A DNA stretch of 61,922 bases, filler included, from Choristocarpus tenellus KU-1152 (taxonomy: Eukaryota > Protista > Phaeophyceae), in the NCBI GenBank assembly GCA_964200185.2. It is 6 parts of 6 records of this genome, joined end to end, with 100 filler letters (N's around TTAATTAATTAA, not from the genome) between each part and the next. Parts side by side here need not be neighbours in the genome. Positions count along the whole stretch, not along the records: positions 1 to 15,657 come from CAXNAD020000954.1; 5 more parts are not named here. The stretch is one strand, 5' to 3'. This document shows positions 1 through 10,500 of the stretch, one piece after another. The notes under the pieces were generated by a model. The model ran no database searches. It had not been told where the DNA came from and was given only the letters and a program-made list of their open reading frames with translations. Positions within the stretch are counted from its first letter, which is position 1; each line of letters begins with the position of its first letter. Position numbers and translations under genes: made by a program.

Positions 1-156
1 AATATCTGGGACAACTCGTATGGCACGTACTATGCTTGTATGCTTGATAGGTGTCGACTGTTCCATACTTGGTATGCACCATGGAGTTGTAACGGTGACT
101 GATGATCTTATGATGAGGTACGAATGATGTAAATGTGAGTAACGACCTGTACCGAT

Positions 157-396
157 GAGCCAAAGTATCTTAGAGGGTAGAGCCGCGTCCATTGGGGGAC
201 CAAAACCCAATATTTTGGCTATCGTGTTCGTTAAAAAGTGTCAATATCCTTGTTCCGAATACATCTTTAATGACGTATACATCGTATCTAGTCCGAAATA
301 TCTTGTAGTAGGAAGATGTCATAAAACCCCCGAGGCAAGTCAAGCCCCAAATGGACAAACAGGGCAAAACTTGTACCCTCTAAGATACTCTCACTC
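157..396 (+). mobile_element. MITE family A (GAG...CTC ends, about 23-bp imperfect TIR, 4-bp TSD; Sola-like), copy with an internal deletion
   Basis: Starts GAGCCAAAGTATCTTAGAGGGTA and ends TACCCTCTAAGATACTCTCACTC; perfect 4-bp duplication CGAT at 153-156 and 397-400; body homologous to copies at 15126, 15892, 46664, 52362. Superfamily is inferred from GAG/CTC termini plus 4-bp TSD. Confidence 0.9.
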
Positions 397-2486
397 CGAT
401 ATGTGCGAATCAATAGTCAGTATGAACTGGTAATACTGTATCGTATCAATGACACAAAAGATGAGTACCCCATGTCTTACAAGATCACCTAAAAACTACT
501 ATTTTTGTAGGCCGTTTATTTCAGTGGGAGGAAACAAAATCTGAATTTATGATACATGATGTAAGTTTACCGCCGGTGGAGAGCTTGTTGAAACGAGCAG
601 TGTGGTGCGCATGCCCGTGCCCTGTTAGTGTTTTAAGCCGTGTTGTATCTACCCCACTCAATGATGATGACTATTGCTTTGTCATAACCCCATATGTTGT
701 GTGTGTGAACGTGCGTGTTGTTTCGGTTACCACTACTAATACACCTACTACTCCATACTACAAGTACTCCTATCACTATAATCCATTCATACACTGGCAG
801 CTGCAAGGAAAGGGTATTATGATTACTAAATGCACTCCCTCAATTCTTTCCTCCGCCTCTTCTCCTAGTGCTGTTGTTGTGGTTGTCAACATCATTACTC
901 CTCATTATCCATAATCAATGGTGTTTGCTTCGTTATTGTTTTGTAGAGTAATGGTGACATTTTCAACTTCAATTAGGACGGTTGTGAGTATTGCGTACTC
1001 CAGGAGAAAACATATCACGACAGAGATACCGCCAATGTTGTCTTAGGAAGCGATGGGCAGCAACAAGGAAAAAGAGAAGAAAAGCTGGTGAGAAAGTGCG
1101 TAAGAATTGGTTATTGCAGTACTACTGCTAGCTCTAGTGGGTATTAGTACTTAGTAACGGTAACGTTGAATGGACGAACAATTGTCAAACCATCTGCTGT
1201 CAATTGTGCCGATACAACGTAACAACAACAGCAGGCACCCACTTCACATCAAAAACATATAGGACAACATAACATTTCCTCACCTACATCGGCCTACTAC
1301 GATGCCCACATGCCACCAAAATACCAAACACAATTGTGCAACTACTACAGCGATCTGGGTCACCTCACAGGAACGAGAAGAAAAACACTGATACAGAACA
1401 ACAACGCCATTTATGACTTAAGGAAGGGGCGGGTGTATGAGGTAACAGTGATTCCTGTAGTGAGGAGGTTGTCCTGATCTCTCAAGAAAACGAATGGATT
1501 ATGAACACAAGAGGTTGATACAACGACAACAACAAGGACAAAAACAACAGACACATATCATGGTCAATTGGTTGTCTCCACCACAATGTCCGAGTGCAGT
1601 GCCTTCTCAAACAAGTTCGGAAGCAGCGATGGTGCTGCTTCAAAATCTTACCACACACAACAAGGAAGTAGACAATACAGCAACTATGATACTGATTTTT
1701 AAGAAAATGAGACTACAAAAGGCAAGAAGTATAACTACACCAGAACAGAAACGACATCAGCAGTGATATGAGCGAACCCACCCTGTGAAACAATAAGCAC
1801 ATGAAGGAAAACATTGGGGGTGGGTATCTACAATGAAAAATGCACCAACTTCAGAAAGAGTACACCAAGAAAAAGCAGCAAATGCAAATGATGTAAGCAA
1901 ATAATAATCACAAAGCTTGAAGCAGATGAGCTATTTTTCTCTCCAAGGTAATCAACAGTTGAACACCAGGAGGATACACACACGCTCGACATCATGCCAG
2001 CATGAGGCTTACTTTGATCGGACTCCTTCTCAGCAACCTCACCCTTGATAAAATACACTTGCATTATGTTCCATCTCAGAAAAACACTTCCTCTTCAAAT
2101 TCAGAATATATACTCCAGTACTTATCATTTACTCCTTTAAGAGTTCAACACGCTTTCAAAAAGATTTCTCGACAACGTTATATAAGAAATATCTACCGCA
2201 TACCTCCTTTATAATTACAACGAATATAGCAGAATAAATCGAAATCGATTAATAAAAAGAAATGTGATATTTGAAACAAATGCTCCAAAAAGGATATGAC
2301 CAGAAGAGTCCTATACTGATTTTAAGTGATTTCACAATCAGCTTTTATTCTTGTATGATCAGATTCTGTAAGTTTTTCGCCTTTTGTTACTTTCTCACCT
2401 TGTTTTACGTATACTAGCTTTATGTAGAATTGTTGAATGATACTTACGAATTATAAATCATATCACTTGTTTCAGAGATTGTTATT

Positions 2487-2576
2487 TGGATAAATTCTTT
2501 TATCTCCAATTTTACGATCAAGTATAATTTCGGAGTTACCTGTTCCTTTAAATTCTTCAAAAGTAACTTGATCCAT
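2487..2576 (-). pseudogene. rho: Fragment of bacterial transcription termination factor Rho (30 codons)
   Basis: Translates [30 protein letters not shown], matching the conserved Rho motif [14 protein letters not shown](S/M)E..LDRK..DKR..P; GNSE is the form I recall for Alphaproteobacteria; AT-rich codons. Similarity stops abruptly on both sides. Confidence 0.9.
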
Positions 2577-2721
2577 CATACAGGGGTAAAGGTAAAGGAA
2601 TAAAGGGTAAAGGTGAACAAAGGGTCTATAGTTCTTGCAATTCCAGCTCCACATACTTCACATAAATGACGTCAATGTTTTGATGATATGATGAAGTTTG
2701 CTGCTTGTGAAGATGTTCGTT

Positions 2722-2780
2722 CTATTTGAAACCAAGGATGGCACAAAAGTAGCTGTTGAAATACAACGCAAAGATGAGCA
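2722..2780 (+). pseudogene. Possible fragment of an Rpn/PDDEXK_2-family nuclease or transposase
   Basis: LFETKDGTKVAVEIQRKDEQ resembles the D-x-L-x3-DG-x3-(V/I)E(I/M)Q core of Rpn-family PD-(D/E)XK proteins; short, motif recognition only. Confidence 0.4.
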
Positions 2781-3291
2781 AGTAGGTGCAGAAGTACCAT
2801 GTTTTTTTGTTTTCATTGGAGACTTAAGATTGCTGGAAATTGTCCTTTACTTCATCTATCTACAAGAAAAAATTGTTTAGAAAACATTTTATTCACACGA
2901 GACATGAATATAACGATAAAGAGAGAAAATAATATCATTTACGCTAATGACATGGACTAGTAGCAAATAATTCCGAATTATGAGTGGAGTTAGAATTGTT
3001 ACGAGTATTTTTGTTATTTGTTGTTTAGAAAATATTGGAAAAAGTTGGAAATTAAAATTCTTCATATCATACAAAATAGGTATGTATGTATACATAATTT
3101 GCTGTACCTGACAGAAACATGGTTTGTTTGCCTTTCACTAAAAATTACAAGATAGATAATAGAAGTGATTGATCTTTAAATTACTTATTTCTACAGATTG
3201 CTTTTTACCAAAAATATTTAGTAGAACTTGAAAATGTGATTGAAAAAAATGTCGAGAAAAATTGAGCTCTACTTTGTTATTCGATTATCCT

Positions 3292-3360
3292 GATACTCTT
3301 AGATCGCTTGAAGATGCAATATTAGATTTTGCTGGTTAGATTTTTGTTATTAGTCACGAT
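3292..3360 (+). pseudogene. ettA: Fragment of ABC-F ATPase EttA/ChvD (23 codons, one internal stop)
   Basis: Translates DTLRSLEDAILDFAG*IFVISHD, matching EttA D(V)xTLRALExA(I/L)LxFAGxxxVISHD; AT-rich codons; no flanking EttA sequence. Confidence 0.8.
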
Positions 3361-3439
3361 ACAGGGCATTGATTTTATGTGGGATCGTTATCATCAATCA
3401 TCAGGGAACTAATATTAGTGAGGTGCTTTTACCAACTTC

Positions 3440-4650
3440 ATGACGAGTCCTTCTCACAAGCTGTTTGCACGAGCCCCACAGAGCACAGTCCTTAGGATTG
3501 TCCATCCACACCCTCCTTTCCTCAGATGTCCCCTCAGAAGATCTTGTAGAAATCATTGGCCAAGACTGGGTAACCTGGGGGGAAACAACATCCCCTGCAC
3601 CTACCCCAGAGGTACATATCCTAGCGGCTCATGACGCCAGGATCACGAGAAGGGCCCAACATGAGATCGCATGCCTCCTGAACAGGATCCGTTTCGACTC
3701 CTTCAGGACAAAACTGGCCGGCCTGCCTAGTGAAGCACACCAAGGGCGGGAAAGCTCCTCATTGGCCCTAGCGCGCCATGGGAGCCAGTGTGGACAAGGG
3801 GCAAACGCGTGGGCCTCAACTCAACCTCTGCAACAAGCATGCCAGATCACCCCTCTGGAATTCCCCAGGGAGGGAGGAGGTCGTATCCAACAGGTGTCCA
3901 GTGGCAGGGTGCAGGAGGCAAGATGTTGATACCAGACATGCCCGTACCTGCCTCAAGGCAGGGGGACAGGTACGACAGCACACCCCAACGGTGAAACGCC
4001 TACACCAACTATGCAAGGGGATGGTCATCCCTTGCTCTAAAGAGGACGGCAGCCCTTTCACAGCGGACAGGAATCTCCGCATGGATCTGGTGTTCCGTGC
4101 AGGGGCGTTGGCGGTCGCTGGAACAGCCCCCTACAGGGACAAAGACCTACTTGGTGTCACATACGCGGAGGTATAGGCAATCTCCCACCTTACCCACTCA
4201 TCCGCCAGTAATGGTGTAACTGCTGCGTCAGCCGAGCCGCGAAAGTGCACCCACTACGAGGGCTCTTTTGATCCTCGTAGTTATATCCTCAACACCTTCT
4301 CCGTGGAAAGGTTTGGGTGCGTCGGCAAGCAAGCGGAATGCTTCCTGGATGAGCTGGCTACTCACATGGTAGGGGGGCGAGGGGCTGGAGGTTATAGCAG
4401 GAAAGGAGTAGTTAAATCCCGGCTACGCCAAATTGTCTCGGTAACTACTCAAGTGGAACCATCCAGACGTGTCGTGCGTTTTAAGCTGGGATCACCAGGA
4501 AGATGGGCATGGAGGGGCTTACTGGAGATTCTTCGGATGCCTCCCTAGCTCCTCCACCCGGGGAGGCACAGGTATATAGGTAGATTGGAGACACAGGAAG
4601 TTAGTAGTACGACATATAGATAGTGAAGTAACAAATGGATTAGTGTCTTT
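3440..4650 (+). mobile_element. 5'-truncated, decayed CRE-like non-LTR retrotransposon (zinc finger plus restriction-like endonuclease region)
   Basis: Frameshifted ORFs 3465-3929, 3778-4176 and 4303-4548 give CPVAGC..DTRHARTC..GGQVRQH (CCHC-type finger), LRMDLV..LLGVTYA (RLE core), AEPRKCTHY, FSVERFGCVG and RLRQIVSV, the C-terminal layout of CRE-clade RLE elements. No RT domain; ends approximate. Confidence 0.75.
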
Positions 4651-5430
4651 CACATTCATGACATTATATTTCTTTAGGGCTTATACTGACAATGTGTATA
4701 TAGTTTTCATTAGTTTCCCCCTGACACATCTCCAAAATGTCAGAGGGAATAATAATGAATATATATATTACTATTATATATATAGCAGAATGGTACAGTA
4801 TCCAGTCAAAAACGCTGGTAGAGATCCTTGTGCCATCCCCAGCATCTCGCGGACAAGTAGATTCATGACCAAAAACTGAAAAACTTACGCAAACCCTACA
4901 CATGGGGGACATTTGGGGGAGGATTTGTCCTATGCACGTGAAAGTCATTCGACAAGGGCACACCGTGAACTTCAAGTGTACGTCGGTTCCTCGCTCCAGA
5001 GTAGATGTGCACCAAGCATATGCAAAATAAAAAAATAAAAAATATCCCTCCCCTCATTATTGTCCTATGTTTTCAATCGTCGCGTGATTCCTAAGTAATC
5101 TCCTACTCCTTCCTCCACCTCCCCGTTAACGCTCCATCCTTATACAGGCAGGAGAATCACACACATGCATATGTAGCGACATGCGACCAGCACCTTTACC
5201 ACCAAATGGCACAAACAAAGACATTACAGGTACACACCAATATTTCGTGTCTAGCCCAAAAAATACACAACAATACACTTTCGCATTAGATTTCATAGGC
5301 GAAATATGGTCACCTGTCAAGATTCGAACAAGGTGACGTTAACGACAAAAACATCAAGCCGCTATCCCATACCAGCTCGCCTTGATTGACACTCAACCGA
5401 GAAACAGTGTGCGTGCACCTCCAAACACTC

Positions 5431-7505
5431 CTACTGCACTGCGCTACCTGTGTATCTCATACACCTTAGGGCACACTGATAACGTAAAACGTTATTGATG
5501 CCACCCGCACCGCAGAAGTACACCTCGGTATTGGGGTCTGCATCCTGGATTATTTCCTGCAGCAAGGTGGAAATGGTCAAGAGGCAAGGTTGAGGGAGAG
5601 CTCATTAAGCATACACGTTTTTGTCGCTCGGTGACCTAGTAAGGAGAAATAGTTGCGACTACCATCTTATGGAATACAGACACTTTTGAACATGTTGATG
5701 ACTACGTTTGTTCGGAGAAGATTCTTACATACACTACTACATATTTGAGTATTTTTTTCTTACGTACCAAATTCAATATCATGATCGAAATTCCTGATCT
5801 TTTCTCTCAAATATCGATTCAATACACAACAAGCGTTGTTGCAAGCCATGGCTGCCCACCTTCATGTTTAAGCGACCCATTGCCAGCTGCCCTGCTTTAT
5901 CAGGGTTTGTAGAGTCGTGGAACTGCATATTTCGCACGAGATGGAGATGTGGATGAGGGTCGATGTAATAGATTTCGGTAAGACAGAGAGTGGGGTTGTC
6001 TGTGACTTCAGTTGGTTCATTCTTAGTGGAGTTCCTGGCAGGCGATGAGCAGTGAGATGCCCAAAATTGAGGTTCCAGATCAGTCAAGAAAAAACGGACT
6101 AATTGCCTTCCTGCCAAGCTCAACATTCTCCAGTTAGTTAACAGATAAGAAAATTGATGTTGAAGCTCTAAAACTGCTTTTGTCCTTTCCTCCTGGGCTA
6201 ATCTTACTTGACCGGAGTGCTCTCCTGCCAACACACTCGAAGCCTTTTGGAGTGTATAACGAATCGGACTTTCCTTTGCTACGTTTCCGCGAATTTCCAC
6301 TGCACAAATTAAATCGTCAATGCCGTAAATATCTCTACATATACCTGGATATCCTCATGCTGGGTAAGGGCCGTGCGAATCGTGAAATTAGGGTTCCTCT
6401 CTGTCAACAGCGTGTTGGTCACAAATTGCAACAGGGGAAGACTTGCAGCAGAGTAGCAAATGGTCACAGGATGATGTGACACGAGACCGTTGCTCTTTAC
6501 ATATGCTATGAAGTCTAGGACCAGCCCAGCTCCAGCGCCTGTACCAATCACCTGCACCGGTTTAAGAAGTCAAGAATTCAGGGTCGATTTCACAGGCAAG
6601 TCCGATTGGCAGATCATCGACCCTGAGCTCTTGGACAGGTTTTGCCACCGTAGATATGGAGAAGGGGGGATTTTGTGCTTCAAAATGGCCACTTGGCCAT
6701 GCCTGAGGCTATGCGTAGGAGAAGGTGTCCACAAACATCCTTCACAGTTACATTTTTTGCTTACTTTTCAATATAGCGGATATTGTCATTGTTCAGGGAG
6801 AACCACTAAACAGGGGTTGGAAGGTAGTATGCTACGGTAAATCAACACAGTGGAGTCGTGAATATGCAATGGGACATCCACAGCATCCCACGGGCGATAG
6901 CGTTCCTCACCAGGAGTGGTGGGAGGTTGGGGAACTCCGTCAGGCGACCATACTCGGAACGGTATGGTCCGTAAGTAGACACAGGGACGTTTGCGAAGCT
7001 CTTGTGCATGAGCGCTTCCTCATCTGATATCTTTGCTGTCTCTGGTTGGCGGAAGCCACGGTACTGATGCGTCATTCCAAAACATGTGCACTCACTGTAG
7101 AGAAAGTGTCAAGACGGGAACGGGGGGGTGGTCACAGGAGATTATATGTTAGGGATTGAGGGCTGTGGGGGTCATTTGGTCTGACGAATATTTGAGCAGT
7201 GCTTGATCGACCACTTGCCTATTATCCACTGTTTGTGTTTGTTGGGAGGGGATTCCAAGTGTGGTACACCATATACATACCACACACACATATATATATA
7301 TATATATATACATACCACATGAAGTACATACAAACGTAAACAATCTAACATGGCACAGAGGGGATGATTGTGCCCAGTTCCTTGCATTCACAGTTTCGTT
7401 GATACTGGTATGACCTACTTTGATCGACTACTACCCTTGATCCTCAATTTGTCCGCCTTGCACGTTCCCCTACAAGAATGACCTTGAATGTCACATGCAC
7501 GTACA

Positions 7506-7546
<41 letters not shown>

Positions 7547-10500
7547 ATCTTTACTTTCAAGAACCGTTACTACCCGATATGATAGAGGTGCGCTCATGAT
7601 ACTTGCAATGGGACTCAGGTATTGTCTCAGGAATCCTCGAGAAAGGGCTAGGAAGCCCGTTTGTAGGGTACATTGTTCTACTCTCGCTCATTTAAATTTG
7701 GTTCTTTGCCTAACCCACATTTTTTTTAAAAGCTCAATATTGATAACCAATAAAAGAGCAATAACTAAATATACATGTTATGTGTGTGTGTGGGAAACAT
7801 GATGCCAAGGACAAGTCAGACCCTATAGAAAGTTAGTATTGCAAATTACAACACCGAGAATGTTTCTATTGTAGTAGGAGTATAACCGCCCCTGGCACCT
7901 CAACATGATCTCAACCTCAGCACATACTCCAGAGTACAGGTAGAGTTCTACAGAGCTCGGCTTCTACAGTATAGAGTGGGCATACACACAGGTGTCACTA
8001 TGTTGCAGCAAGTCGTGTTTGCTATCAGACTGCATCATCAACTACTCTATGGAAGGCTTCTTTGTTTCGACCCGTAAGCTGTGACCGTGCTTGGCGGATT
8101 CCTGGCTTTGAAGTGTCCAATAAGGGTCTAATCGTCGCAAGGAACTTGTTAATGACCCCCCCCGCACAATATGATTCGTCCTGTGGGAGGATATACTATC
8201 AATAGCGAGAGTAAACACCATCACCTATAGTTCTGAATTGTTATCGTACCTAACCTGGCCGATAATGCGAGAATGGAAATAACGATCGATGAGTTGATTC
8301 ATCCTCTGTAAGATCCGTTCATACGTTCCAGGGCGTTCAACAAGTGACCAAAAAGTACAGGACAAGAGAAGGACATCCCCACACGCTATCAATTCATGTA
8401 CAATAGGGGTCACCATTCTTTCACAATCACAAGGATTGGTTCTTAGGGTTGATAATACTATCATAATCGACGATCTCTACAGTGACAATACTGTAATGCC
8501 GTTCAGAATTGATTTTCAATGTGTGCGGAAAATCTCCTGATGCCTATGCCCGGGGGCGATTCCGAATGACTACAAAATTTGATAATGTTCTGTTATGGGT
8601 GGCTGACGATGATACTGACCTCTACTGCGACAGCAAGGTGCATAACAATCAATTGATCAACCCAACAATTCTGCATCCACCTTCTCCATCCATTTCCCCA
8701 AGCAACCTCAAACTCTACTAGCTCGTACCCAGGTGGTCTTTAGTTAGAGGCGTTGGAGTGCTTGCTGGCGGATACAGCTAATCAAAGCTTCGATTCGAGC
8801 AATAGTTGTCCTACTAGCATACAATATCCCCTTCGCCCACTAAACAGGAAAAACAAGATTATGAGATGAGGTCTAATGGAAGCTTGGAGTTTGGTCGAAA
8901 TTTTCAACTTCCGACTTTATCAGGTTAGTGAGGACACAGTCCACCTCCATCACTCTTTCATAGCTCACTGGGGTCAGGACTTGAACCAATGTTCTTGGTT
9001 CTATAAATTATTGCCCTTGTGATAGAAGCTAAAATGTGTGGAGGAGTGTGACTGCTGCTGCGGGTAAAACACACCTGAATTCTGTATCCTTTCTTCGTTG
9101 TACGCGAATGATCGCCATTATATCCCACGATCCATCAGGAGCAGCTCTAACCAGACTGGGTAGTCGTTCCCGTCCGCTGTTATCCAGCTCAAAGTTGCGC
9201 TGGTTCAAAAATCTTGGTGTAGAAGTGCGCACAAGGCACGTGAGACCAGTATCGGCATGGTCCTTACTCAACCTGATGCACAAGGGAACCGTGTACTAAG
9301 TGTGAAAGCTGCTTTGACCTTTGGGGTTATAGAGACGTATACCGTACGGTATGAAAGGCGGCACGTGTTGTATATATCCAATACACCTTAGAAATAAATA
9401 CATACCTACAAACCTTGAGATGAATACATGCATACATAATAATACATCATTCATAATACATCATTCATAATACATCATTCATAATACATCATTCAAAATA
9501 CACAATACATACATACAATGTGCAGCAGCACAAAATTTTAGTGTGAGGTACAACGTGTACGGCCTGTTTTGTTCAAAGAAACTTGTCATGACACAGTGTT
9601 CGTATCAGGAACTACACCAACAAGGTATAGTAGAGAAAGATGGTATCGCTGCGTAGAAGAGAGTTTTCAGCGAGAGGCACAGTTTCGACATATCCTACAA
9701 TGCACTGACCTCAGAAAAGGGGGAGCTGGGACTGTGATGGGTCATTGAAATACATTCCTGGCATGTCTGCATTTGGTAGAGCGAGAAATGTCATTCCATT
9801 TTGGCCCTCTAGAACAGTTGGATGTCTAAATGTTATGCAAACACCAGAACGTCATCCTCTCTTGGCACACATATGTTTTAGATAAGGTACTACTTAGTAT
9901 CATAGTATTGGAGTATACCGTGGATCTGCTACGAATCTCTGGGCAATTCACCTGCCGCTTTGTTCCAAGGAGTCCTCAACTGCACGACGCACAGATCTCT
10001 GGGATGTGGTGGATGAATCGAGACCTGGTGGAGTGGTCGTTGGAAGTGAGGGAAACAAGTTAGATATATCTCTTACTCGCCACTATATTTGAGGGGGAGA
10101 TGATCAAGAACGCCGAGTGCACTGGTGGTGTGCATAAAGTGCAGAGATTATCGTGTCGTACAATCGAAAACGTTGCTGCTGGGACGTGTAATTCTTTCAA
10201 TCATAATCACATTGAAGAGACACTGTTACCGTAAAATATCGAGTCTCATGATTGGTGTCAGAACTCAGTGTACTTCAACCGAACTTCGGAGATACAGTCC
10301 ACTACAATCAAATAGAGTCCACTGTTGAACCGTCCATTAGCATTGGTTCCTTAGTGTGGAGTTACCCGTGCCACATGCATACCGCCCTACGCGGTATGTG
10401 ATCACAACTTGCAGTTTGCACCTACGTATGGCTATAGCATGCTTCATCCCTGGAATTGGTATATATATTCTTCAACATACAAACACGTTATGTGACACAC

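Larger units (their letters stand above)
2050..3430. other. AT-rich mosaic of short bacterial gene fragments (putative endosymbiont-derived nuclear insertion)
   Basis: Visibly more AT-rich than host exons; contains a rho fragment (minus), an ettA fragment (plus) and weaker M23-like and PD-(D/E)XK-like scraps, none continuing beyond about 90 nt. Boundaries approximate. Confidence 0.7.

Noticed and set aside
2050-3430. Intact horizontally acquired bacterial operon or simple bacterial contamination
   Set aside because: Matches are 90 nt or shorter, on both strands, carry stops or substitutions, and sit in a contig with host MITEs and a spliced gene.
5779-6300. 173-aa ORF as a standalone gene
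   Set aside because: Only 5922-5860 fits the phase-consistent NOX-like model; the rest reads through intron.
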